Below, piece by piece: positions 27,501 through 38,948 of a stretch of 64,000 nt of DNA. This DNA comes from Blasia pusilla (lineage: Eukaryota). Each line of letters opens with the position of its first letter. The first letter of the stretch is position 1. The DNA lies in the NCBI GenBank assembly GCA_050084515.1, contig CM114271.1, positions 36,208,001 through 36,272,000 of the forward strand. Reading direction: 5' to 3'. Position numbers and translations under genes: made by a program. The notes below the pieces were generated by a model. It searched no databases. It saw nothing but the letters and a program-made list of their open reading frames with translations, and was not told where the DNA came from.

Positions 27501-28567
27501 CAGAGGGAAACTCCAAAGCTCGATAAAACCATTAGTTAGCTTACACATCCAACCAAGCCACTAGCCAGTCTGCAGAAATTGAGGTCTAATAGACCTCATA
27601 GACATCTACACCTGCTCCTTGTGTTCATCACAGAAGTACTTTCAAGTACATCAGAATCGGGCTTTGGCAACTCCAAAATCAACAATGGGCATAAACACAG
27701 CTAAAATTACTCAATCAAGACAGCAATTTCTTCTCTTCAAGGGAAGGCTATATATACCTTTTACACATACAAATTCATGTTATTCTGCAGTCATGACCGC
27801 GCATTTGACAGATCAGAAGCAGATCGATTGGCCAAAAACCTCATGGGAATTGTACAGTAGCAAAGATGGTATGCACAAAAGCTTGAGTACTGACGATTTC
27901 ACATAGCTAATGAACTATTTGTTCATGAACAGCTATTCTCTTTTATTTTCTTTCTTCGATTGTCTGCCACGTGAGCCAAAAGGCGACTTCTTCAATTTAA
28001 GAAATAATCACTTTGTAAGACGGATTATAGCATTCACCTGGGTGTCTTGCAGGCAGTTCCACGGCCTCCAGCACTGCAGTTTACAAACCAACCACTCGTC
28101 ATTAATTCCTGATACTTTCAGACTAAAAGCCATCTAAACTACTCACCTTAAACCAAGGTGTTGGCCACTGGATTCCCTTCTTCCGAGCCTATTTTATGAG
28201 ATGGTCAGTGGCAATGTCGCAGAAAATAGTATGATACTGCTTCCTTGGCTGATGCAAAAAGTCTCGTATCCTTGTACAATCATTGCCATGGGACGGCTGT
28301 AGGAAAGGATTTCTTGCAGGAACTCTGACCAATAGACTTCTGAAACAAGCTTGACAGTGAATGAAGCCAACTCTTACCCGTACAAGGAGTCGTCCTTGAC
28401 GCGTAACAAACAACTATTTTCAACCCCACATGTGTCTACATACAGACCAGTTATTAAGATGAGGTCTATGTCATTTTCCCAGAGAACTTGGAGCTTTGCT
28501 TTTGAAGGTAACTATTGGAGGATGTATGTGACGTGACCGCTCCCGCTTCGGATAGCATGGTTAAGTA

Positions 28568-28627
28568 GAGTTCTAAGCCAACGATGGACTATAACTCTAC
28601 TTATAGTCCATCGTTGGCTTAGAACTC
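28568..28627. repeat. Perfect 27-bp inverted repeat with a 6-nt loop
   Basis: GAGTTCTAAGCCAACGATGGACTATAA-ctctac-TTATAGTCCATCGTTGGCTTAGAACTC. Confidence 0.95.
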
Positions 28628-29865
28628 GACCGCCGTATCCAAGAAGGAAGTGTGGTTTTCTGATTGCTGTTGTGCTAGCATTTTTTCGTAATTTCTCTGG
28701 GCATCCATGAAGAAGCATCCATTTGAGATCAGACAGATGGGTCAGGGGTTTTAGACAATTATCGCAAGCGCTGTCAAAGCGGTGATCGAAGGAAGTGGCA
28801 AAGTTGAACGCGTTTAAAAGTAAGAGAATTCCGTCTTTAGAACCGATTAGTGCTCTCGGTCCTCCAATATAGGCCCCTCACATGTGCATCATTCTCTTCA
28901 ATCACGTTGGGTATCTAATTTTTGGGTAAGATTACGTCCTCCTGACTACGACGTGAATTTCTTTCAGTCAGTCCCACACGGAGAGAGCACACACAATCGG
29001 AAAACCGCAACGGTAGCAAAGCGTCTTGAGCTTCTAGTTGTGCGACCTCCATCGACCTTCTTTGCATAAAGAAAAGTCACGATCACGAAAGAGACTTGAA
29101 AGCTTACGACTTTGAATGTTCACGATAAGGCCGCGTTTCGTGTTGTTCATACAATGGCCATATCTTTCCTGCCTGTCCTAGTCATAAGCGAAACCAACCT
29201 GATCTGAAGTTACAGCCCCTGACCTGTCCTCAAATGAAATCTGACCTACCCCCAAAAGACAACTGACTTATGTTTACTCGCATATTATGGAGCACTACAG
29301 TCTACAAGTTCCTGGGAGCTTTTCCTCTTTCATGGTTCTCGAATAGCCGGTTAACACGTTTCAAGGAGAGTTCGAAAATTGGAATAGCCAATCGCTAGGA
29401 GAGAGCTTTTTGATTAAATCGGCAAATGTCTTTTTTTTCGGTATCCATTCCGATCTCTTTCAATTCATTCTGTGTCCACATCATATCTTATCTTGCTGCC
29501 TTAATCCTCCCCTTTCAATACTGCTGTTCACGATTCCATGAATATCGTAAGAAAATTTCAAATTCCTTAGTTACGAAAGGGTGAAGAAAGACTGCATTAG
29601 AGGGTGATGGGGAAACAATCGGAACCATTCGTGACGATAATTTAATTCACACGGATAACGCCCGTAGTAAATTTCACTATCATATGCAACACCTACGTTA
29701 CGTATACGTAGGTGCTGCGTTTTCGTCTTCTGATTCCATTTGTTGGCATTGAACTAGTTACGGCCTTTACAAGTAGGTTTTCATGTGTTCTTGGTAGGGA
29801 CGGCTCCACATACTCATTTTTTTTCCTGGGCAAGCAGGACATCCAACTCTTACCATTCACCTAAT

Positions 29866-29997
29866 TTTTTATTATTATCATATGAGAGTGTGTATCAAAG
29901 AGGTGGACCAGTTGCTCGTGTTTATTATTTTTTTTTCATATGAGAGTGTGGACCGGTTGCCCTTTTCTTTATTACTGCATAGAGGGTGGACCAGCTC
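29866..29997. repeat. Degenerate tandem repeat, three units (tttatt...catatgagagtgtg...gtggaccag)
   Basis: Visible unit similarity. Confidence 0.6.
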
Positions 29998-30367
29998 CGT
30001 TTGAACTATGATTGTGTTTGTGCATTGTTAGCCCCTAGTTATTTTAGACTCCCGCGCAATGGTTTATTTGCCAGGTGATGTAGGCCTATGGTTGATATGC
30101 TTACCGTCGTGCCAAATGGTCTAGTAAGCACTCGTGTTCATCATTTCATGTTTACATCGCAGGTTCTAGTCAAACTATAATGTCTTTGCAGTCTGTGCAA
30201 AGTGTCAAAGAACATGGGACACGATCTGGTTCCCTCGCTCTATCCTAGGTGATTGTACCGTGGAATGGTATGTTAGTATTCGTTTGATCTATACGAAATG
30301 ATTTAGTGCTTGTTTCTTGTGATCTTCGCTACTTTGTTTGGCGCTTTTGATATGATGTTGTACCATG

Positions 30368-30416
30368 TCTTGTACACCCAGGCTTGTGGCGTCGCCACAA
30401 GCCTGGGTGTACAAGA
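30368..30416. repeat. 49-bp palindrome with 24-bp perfect arms and a 1-nt centre
   Basis: TCTTGTACACCCAGGCTTGTGGCG-t-CGCCACAAGCCTGGGTGTACAAGA. Confidence 0.97.
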
Positions 30417-30639
30417 AACCGACTAGTCGGTTGAAGGTGTTCAAAAAAGATATTCCTTCAAGGTGTCGAACCGGACTTGCTTTTCCGTCTCGTTTCATTT
30501 CTCTTCTACTCTGGAACTCCTAGCTATGTGTGGTGAGTCTTATAGGTAGAGGGATTTCCCACATCATGATAGAGGGTCGGGGGCGCCTCTGATTCTTTAG
30601 GAGGCACCTAGGATTAGCGGATATATGAGCTAGACAAGC

Positions 30640-30835
30640 GATAGAGTGAGCCATGGTGGAACCAGGTGTGGTGTTGTTGGACAGATGGAGTGGCATGTTC
30701 TACTTAGTTGGTCCTATAGGTATGATGTACCATCCGCCTTGCGTCTTACTTGATTTGGAAGCACAACCCTTGATGTTAGGGAAGGCAATGTGTTTGGCAT
30801 TAGGGTTACAGAAAGGTGACATTAAGCCTTGCCCT
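30640..30835 (+). pseudogene. Retrotransposon aspartic-protease fragment
   Basis: VVLLDRWSGMFYLVGP...PCVLLDLEAQPLMLGKAMCLALGL...IKPCP; LLD(S/L)(G/E)A corresponds to a decayed D-S-G-A retroviral-type protease active site. Confidence 0.6.
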
Positions 30836-31359
30836 CCCATCTCAAAATTTGGACTACATACGTCAATTATGTCAACTTTCTTGGATTACACCAAGGAACG
30901 GGGAGATCCGAGGTTACGAGTAATCTTGGTGGCCATTTTGGATATTTTTTACTGTAGAAAATATTTCCCGGTTGGGTTTCTGGTGGGTTCGAGACAAGTT
31001 TCGGTTGTCTACATGAATGGGATTGCATGTCGAATTTGGCCTGGATACCGCCATAGCCTAAATGGAAGTTGGTGTTGGGTCGTGAAAGACATCAGATGAG
31101 ATTTTTATGGCAACGAAGAGTCTCCGAAAGATTTCCAAGAGGTTGTCCCACTCCCGAAAAACCGAGAGGCTAGGATCATAGAATCTTGGAATCTCGGAAT
31201 CTCGGCCGTCCATGTAAAGTTGTAAACTACCGTTACTACCCTAAAGTGCATTTAGAGAAGATGCTATGGGGGGAATCCCGAGAGAGGGGGGCCCAAGGGG
31301 GTTCTAGGGTTGGCGGAGGCTTGGCTGAGATTCGCAGTCAATAAAGTAAGATCCAATCC

Positions 31360-31690
31360 CTCTCTACACCATCTCACACCATAGCTCTCAAAGGTGTGCA
31401 CTCTCTCTCATGTCAAACCAAACTCACTTTCCTAATGAGAGGCTTGGGTTACACTCACAAGGCAAGAGACTATAGCTCCGCCTCCTCATGCCAAGAGGTT
31501 CAACGAGAGAGAATGAGCTCTCAAGCTCTCTCTCCTTGAGGTATACCCCTCCCCTCTTCCAAACTCTCTCCATGGTAACCTATTCTCCCAAGTCACTTCC
31601 TTGGCTCTTGATCTGATATAGGAGGTCAAGGGCCACTTACCAAAAATAAAGTCGATCATATATTCAAAATGGTATTTACCTAAAATAGTT
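31360..31690 (-). repeat. Dispersed LTR-like repeat; other copies at ~53690-54035 (same orientation) and ~41700-41990 (inverted)
   Basis: Long colinear similarity, e.g. tgtcaaaccaaac...ctaatgagaggcttgg...ccaagaggttcaac...cacttaccaaaaata...tacctaaaatag. Confidence 0.9.
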
Positions 31691-31694
31691 GTAA

Positions 31695-33520
31695 GATTTG
31701 TAGGATATACAAAGGCAAGAGTGTCTTTGCCGGGATGGTGCCATAAATTGTAAGGTGCATATTCCTTTACGAAGGAGGCCAAGCCTTTCTTAAAGTTCAA
31801 AGGTATGTGTAAGTTGATGCTTTCTGTGAATGGACCTATTACTAGAGATCTTTACCAATATGAGAAAAGTTGCAGTGAGTTGTGTTTTCTATAAGTCATG
31901 CCTTGCTCAAAAGGACCCTTGCTAGGGCTCAAGCGTAACCATTCTTTGGATTTATGACTGATGAATCTACTGATATATCCATGACAGGTCATCTGGTATT
32001 CTTTGCAACCTTCATAGAAGATGGTCAAGCACTATGTTGTTTTTTAGGATTGCTTCGTTGTGAGTTTAAGTGTTCTAATGCCTTCTTAGATAGTTTGCTG
32101 GAATTACTAAAAGATAGGGGGTTAGACTTTTCTAGAATGGCAACTTTTGGGTCTAATGGAGCCTCCTCTACGGTAGGGAGCCAAAACGGGATGGCTTCAC
32201 AATTGAAATCCATTCATTCTTTCAGTGCATCGTGTTGCTCATAGGATAAACCTTGCAGCTCTCACAACTGCTAAAGCAAGTAATTGCAAATCCATTTACA
32301 TAGAAATAGATTCCATTCTAAATGCAATAGCAAGATACTTCAAGAGGTCTTCCAAGAGAAAAGTTGTTCTATCTTCTCTGCAAGAGAAAATGAATAACTC
32401 TCAAAGAGACATGAAACGATATCATAAGATCCGCTGGTTGTCATGATGGCAAGCTATAGCCACCTTATGTGATTCAATACAATCTCTTTTAATCTACTTT
32501 AGGGACATTTCACCTTTAGAAGATGATGGGAATGCTGCAAACTTGTATGACAAGTTAAGATCATTCCACATGATCTTTCAATTTTACTTCTTGGCTGGCA
32601 TTCTTTCTATATTGGAAAACTTGAGCAAGATTTTTCAGTAGAAATTTGTTGATGTAAGTACTATTCGTAGCATTGTTCTTTTTTTGAGATTGCTGCTATT
32701 ACTATAAATTTCATGATGGAAACACATGATTTGAATGCATCTACTTTTTCAGAGGATACAAGTTGTCACATTCTACCAGACTTTGGACCTCCAAATGGCT
32801 ATCTGAGACGATTACAATCTGAAATTAGAGGGAGGAAGTTCCATAGTATCGACATGATTAGGGATCGCACACGCGGGGATTTGGGAGCTGCTTTGTTGTT
32901 CCAGAAGAGTTATTATGAGAGTGTTTGTATAGCGCTGCATGCAAGATACATTTAGAGACAATAATCTTATAGATCCAATGAGAATCATGAACCCCTTGCA
33001 CATGCCTTCTAGACAAGTAGGACTCATAAGTTGGGGATGTAAGGGTATAGAAGAGTTTTGTGCACATTTTGGATTTGAGTTACCATTGAAGGGGCATTTG
33101 CAACCTTCTGTCATAAATTTTTCTTTTGTCAAGCAAGAACTCCAATCCTTCAAGTTGATGGCGACAACTGAGTGGAAGCACCGTAATTTCAAGGATCTAT
33201 GGGCAATAGTGAGTTGGAGTCCATCTTTACAATGTAAGTTTGCAAACTTGCTGGTGTTGGCTAATGTTGCAAGGGTTCAACGTGTAAGCACTGCAATTTG
33301 TAAGGGAGCATTCTCAATTCATAACATGATAAAGACCAAGTGTAGGAATGGACTAGGTAGTAAGCTTTTGGATGTTGTTCTCGGAATTTCTTTAGAAGAC
33401 CCTCCTATTGACTATGAGGACATGCTTTCTAAATCTGTAGTTCTCTGTAAAACCTTTGCTAGCTTTAGGTACCTCTATGCTAATCCAAGAAGATATCTTT
33501 GCCCTCAAGTAGAAGCATAA
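31695..33520 (+). pseudogene. hAT-family transposase (ZNF862/DUF4371-like), disrupted
   Basis: MTDESTDIS (first catalytic D), FGSNGASSTVG, HRVAHRINLA (CxxH box), KIRWLS, and the C-terminal dimerisation motif VSTAICKGAFSIHNMIKTKCRNGL; frameshifts and stops. Confidence 0.88.
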
Positions 33521-33779
33521 GTTGATGTTGTTACACTTTCTATTGACTTGTCTTCTTGAAATGATATTTGCACTTTGTCTTAGATTTAGAGCTCCTTCCG
33601 AATACTTGGATGCTTGAGAGCTCCAAGTATTATGAAGGGGCAAAATCCTTGGCTCCCAACTGGTTAGGAGGCATGGCCAGGTTCAACTCCTGAATGTGAT
33701 GTTTGGTTTAGAACATGGAACATTTGCACAACTCTCATCTTGTTTGCAAGCAAGAAGAGAGCGGTCATACAAGAAAAGA

Positions 33780-34420
33780 TTGGAAAACAAGAATAAGGAA
33801 AATAAAATTTTTTATGGTCGGACGGAAACGAAATTTTTTTATCGGTAGTTCTAAAAGCAGCCGGTTATTAGCCGGAGCACTTCTCGGATCGCCGGAAGAA
33901 CCGCATAAAATTAGAAGTTATGCATTTTCATTCGGTGAAAAAAAATTACCCTTATTTTTACTCCTCCTTTTAAATATTTCCAGTCACCACTGTATCGGAT
34001 CTTATAATATCTGGATATTATCTGAACAAGAAAAAAAAACTCCCCTCTCATTCTCGGATTACACTAAGTCAATTCAATGCCACTAATAACCATCTCCATA
34101 CCTAAGTTATGATATTTTGCATACAACTACACATGCTCACAATTCTTCATCTAACCATTCAACGTACCGAATTTTTCTATTAATAGCACATGCCATTAAG
34201 CCAAAAGTCTCGGCTGGTCCGGACAACCAACACCCATAATATTGAATGGCGGGTATGCCACACAGCTCACTTTCACTTTTCGTATGAAATACCTTATTTT
34301 ATAAGTTTTGCAAATTGCCATCCGTCGTCTTTCGGATACTACAATATTTCTATCGGATCTCTACATAGACTGGCCACATATATTAGTTGATTCATATCCA
34401 AATTTATTTCTTTATAGTTA
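33780..34420. repeat. Probable hAT subterminal region with dispersed CGGA/CCGG motifs in AT-rich sequence; a similar block lies at ~30840-31215
   Basis: Repeated tcgga/ccgga/tccga motifs flanking the transposase; terminal inverted repeats not resolved. Confidence 0.4.
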
Positions 34421-34877
34421 TTTTTAGAGGGATTAGAATTCTCGTGTGGCCTCGAGTCCTCGACTTTCGGGAGAAATTCTCTGTACGGAAACATCAAATA
34501 TAAAAGTAATGCTATTTTACGTAATGTTAAATAATGTTTAATTTTCGTTTTCTTTTTTATACTTCACTTTCCTCCGAAGAAAAAAAGATGCACTTCGATA
34601 AAAACGAGTGATGGAAAACCCATCGGAAGTACAAAAGAGAGGACTCAAAGAGTCAAAACATGAAAGAAGGCCACAACAAGACCAGAAGAGGAAGAAGGGG
34701 GCATTCCCGCCGAAGGCTGCCTCCCTCCCGTGGTAGTGTTCCCGCAGCGCCTATGGTCGCGAGGATTTGCGCGTCGGGAACTGCCCACGAGAAATTCATA
34801 ATGTCAGATTCTCTTGTCCTCCACTAATCTCACCGGTATCTGGTACCTTCGCATGGACACGACGGTCCCAGATTATG

Positions 34878-34960
34878 CCGGCTGCGTTGTGAACGCTTGT
34901 CAAGAACGAATAATCCGGTTGCGTTGTGAATGCTTGCCATAACTAATCCGATTGCGTTGT
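34878..34960. repeat. Short tandem repeat, ~2.5 units of ccggttgcgttgtgaa(c/t)gcttg...taat
   Basis: Direct reading. Confidence 0.75.
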
Positions 34961-36823
34961 TATTGACACTTTGGGGCACATATCCAACGGTTTCCAAGCA
35001 CATCCACGGTACTACATAATGATTGTTCGTTGGACTTCTGTGGAATCGGGTCTCATGGCGTTGAACTGTCCAACGGCAAAGTTTAGAGCCCGGCGAAAAT
35101 TAAAGCTGCACCGATAATACAGCCCAGAAAAATCGGTTCATTTAGAAGGAAGTATCCAAAGACTACAGAAAATACAGTCTGCGAAGGAGCGTAGGCAGCG
35201 ACAAGAAGCGGACCGCATTTCTGAGTCGCCCACGTCTGGAGAGTGAAGTTCATTGCTGACGCAATTGCGCCCTGAAAAATGTGAAAATGATGTGTCAGAT
35301 TATACCCGAGCGGACTGAATAACCACTACTGCAAGATTTACGGCATCAGCGCGTTCTACTTGCAATTTACTCGGAACAAACAGCACCGCAGCTCAACAGC
35401 GGTGAAGTTCTTCATCGCCCAATGATTCGAATAAGATTGGCCATCCAACAGAGACAGTACTTGCACGCCGCGAAAACTGCCTGGGAACAAAGCGTATCTT
35501 GCGACTGATTCGCCATCCCCAATGAGAACAGCAACAGCCAAAGTTGCTACAGTATTTCCTCGCGGAACGAAATCAGCGGTCGTGCTCGCGTGTGAAACGA
35601 TCCGGAAAGGGAAGGGAATGTAGCCAAGTGATCGAGCGTCACAAAGTCTCGCGGAAGTTCTGGACAAAGTCGGGAGGGCTGCAACTGTATCGGTCAAAAT
35701 TCGGGATTGGGTTGGACACAACGTACGTACGGGGGTGGATGTGGATCTCAGCTCAGATGGCCACGAGATTATCAGGGCTACTTGAATCCGAAGTTCCGAA
35801 CTAGAATGCCGCGCTTACTGTTCGAAGCAATGAGCAACTATTTTCCAAACGACGTTTCAATAGGGACGTCCGAAAGAGGTTTTTTTCTGTTTCGGATGAG
35901 CCCATGGGTTTTACGACGGGTTCAAAAGGTAAGACGTCAGCATGAGAGTCGTTGGTGGTTTTGGCCATCAAGTACTCAACTCGTTTAAAAATGAAAAATC
36001 GATCCTTGAGGAAGTTTTTTAAAATCTTTTCTTTTCGGATGATTTTTTTATTTTGTATTTTGTAAAAATTGTAAAAATCATTATTATGAAACGAGGGCCT
36101 TCGATTTTTACCCTCCCCGATCTTCTTCCCCGAATCGAGTAGAATGGACGGGCTTCTGCCTCATTGAATGGCAAGGGGTGACGATCGCATGGAAGGGTGT
36201 TGATGGATGGCAACGACACCAGACGCTTGAGTGGCGGTCCGTAGTTCGGCTGTGGAGCGGTGCGGTCAGATTGAGAGTCACAGTGAGCTAGATGCATGAA
36301 CCAACAGATCACCATTCGGCTGCTAAGATGGTGCTTCCGTCGCTCCGGTTCTCTCAGCATTGTGGAAGTAGAATGCACATTTGAAAGTTGATTGCCGCGG
36401 GGTTTTCTTTACAGAGGAGTGAAGTCTCTGCCTCAAAGGTAGCTGGAATGACAGCAATGTGAGAACAGTCTGAAGCCATCCTTCTACAACATTTCTTTCC
36501 ATAGCATTTTCCGACGGCCGATGGAAGAAAACGACGAAAGAGGGAGAAATTCAACCGGAGCTCTAATGTGATCATTTTTTCATAGAATTGTACTCGCAAT
36601 CGGGAAACTCGTCTAGTTAGAATCTGATACTTATCTTGCGACTTTGAGGTGTGTATCCTGTTATAAAATGGAACCATTTAAGGTCCAAAAAAGGTCTGAC
36701 ACATGGACATCTCGTCCAAATCTCAGAAACCAAAATCAATTGACGCTGGGATGCCGATGAATTTACATACACGAACATTTCCGCGAGTTTAGAACTCGGC
36801 AGGTGCTTGCTGCTGCGTTTCCT

Positions 36824-38948
36824 TCACGCTTTCAAGGTATCATTGAAGAAAATCTGCAAGTTTCTCTGCGTCGTGCCTCCCTCTGCCACAGTCGCAGCAA
36901 GGGCATTGGCCAACTCGAGCGAGTTTTTCCTTATCCGCTGTCCTTCCTCCTCGATCATGAGGCACCTCACCGCCCTTGCGATTCTGTCCTTGTCGACCTT
37001 GCTGTCATCCGCTCCGTTTGTGACAGCTACACCCACCTTCTTCACATCCACGATGAATCTGTACTCCGAAACAGACCAAGCGCTAAAGATCAGAGCGGAG
37101 TTCCAAGATGGGGACCGTCGATCATGAAGGAATACGTCACAAACAGCGATCGGTACTACAAGAATTTAATATGCAGTCCGAGAGTTTCTTGACTGAGCTC
37201 CTCGGGAGGTTGAGCTGCAGCTCACATTTGGCACTGAACTCGTAGACTTGCGAGGAAATGCGCGACAGGAAATAGTTGGAGCCTAATCTTACCTCGCATT
37301 GAAAGGTTGATCGGCACACAAAGGCCATGTGATCATGGGAATCCCCGCACACAAGCTCTCCAAGGTGGAGTTCCACCCGCAGTGCGTCAAGAAGGCACCG
37401 GTGGCACGGTGCTTCAAGATCCTGGACTGCGGTGCCCAGCCCGTTTCGATATAGGCTCGATCTTTCACTCGTTCTAGAAAGCCAGGGGGGAGCACCGATT
37501 CGAGGAGGTGGGGTGGGACTTTGAGAACCCACAAGAAAGGAACTCCACTCTCCTCCAGCCCTAGAGCCAGAGTAGACATGACTCCTTGGCTCACATTCCC
37601 CAAGCTTCCGAAGGCGATGTACAGTACGTTTCTCTCAGGCTGCTTGTCCAACCATCTCAAGCACTCGGATGGTGAGTCTTTTAAGCCGTATAGGACCCCG
37701 AAACCTGGAAATTGCACCGAGGGACCGAAAGGCAAGACCTTCGTCACCTGTAGAGAATGATCCGAAGTGGCACTGTTAGAACACTAATCCTCATGCGTCA
37801 TCCACTCTAGCGGAATGCGACAGCACCCTACCGCTGGCCTTTGAGAAATCTCTCTATCCGCAGTGAGACAGACCACATTGTTAGGAAGGATTGCTTCGAA
37901 AAGAGATCGCAGCAGCGTTCATGGAGCCAATTAGCAGTGGAAAGCTTCTTCCTGGTCCTCAATCAGACGTAGGATCCAGTGTCGTGATAATACCTTGCCA
38001 TCATCGGCTTGGGCCCTCTGCTGCACCAGGTCTCGGATGTGATCTAGCGAGCCGGTTCCGACAGCCATTTCTTCAGCACAGTTGACCAAAATCCCCGATG
38101 CCTTCAGCGAGCGATCGGAAACAAGCGCATAAAATTCGTGAAACTGGAGAACCTCGTGGGGAATGTCCCGTATTTCTCCAAAACCGACTCCTGGGATGGG
38201 AACTTTCTCGCTCAAGTCGGGCCAGGTCTCGGGATTCAATCCCTCCTTGTGAAGTCTGGGGCCTTCCAAACAGAAGACTCCAAACCATGGGCCCGTTGAG
38301 TACAGAACGTACCAAGGGATTGACAACTCATCCGCGAGGTCCTGCGCGTATGTCAACGACGAGGGAATCATGTGAGTCAGAAGCTCATTTACCTTGTGGC
38401 AGTCACGCAGAAACATTTGTCACTGCACAGAGTAGTAGTGCAGTATTCACACCAAATTCTGCCGTTAGCGTTGCAAACAGAGATTCGTCATGTGCTTCCA
38501 CTACTGCAGGTATAGACTGTGGTCTACCGTTCACATCTCCAGGCTAGATTGAGGGACCACGAACCTTTGTCCACCACAAGAACATGTCCGCGACGATACA
38601 CGAAGGTGCTCCGACATCATTCTTGCGTTCGATCAACCTCTCCTTGACGGTGGCGAACTCAATCTGATTGGCGTCGCTAGAAAGTGCAGCCCGGACTGGG
38701 AACTTCGGGTCCGCTTTGTACACTGGAGGCTCACCAAAGACTGATTCCAAATGTAGGTCCATACCTTCGAAATCACCCCTCTGTTGTAGTTCGGAAAGTT
38801 CGGCTATGCGTTTCCCATTCCCTATAACCGTCAGAGTGAAATTCTGGAAGCGGCGCATTTGGTATATGAGTTGGACGAACGGAGCGAAGTGCCCTGGAAA
38901 TGCCATGGTGATCATCAGCACATGAGGCCGACTCCTGATTTCCACCAT
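36824..38948 (-). CDS. Family-1 UDP-glycosyltransferase, 473 aa; exons 38948-38565, 38341-37994, 37747-37293, 37058-36824
   Basis: N-terminal PHVLMITMAFPGHFAP (catalytic His), SCIVADMFLWW (Asp), VLYIAFGS, and a full PSPG box WAPQSRILKHRATGAFLTHCGWNSTLESLCAGIPMITWPLCADQ; GT-AG introns; frame intact (1422 nt). Confidence 0.95.

Noticed and set aside
33640-33700. tRNA/SINE-like B-box (GGTTCAACTCC)
   Set aside because: No convincing A-box spacing or cloverleaf could be built.
35356-36677. Cluster of 85-120 aa ORFs in GC-rich DNA downstream of the UGT
   Set aside because: Overlapping on both strands, mostly non-ATG starts, no recognisable domain; expected by chance at this GC content.
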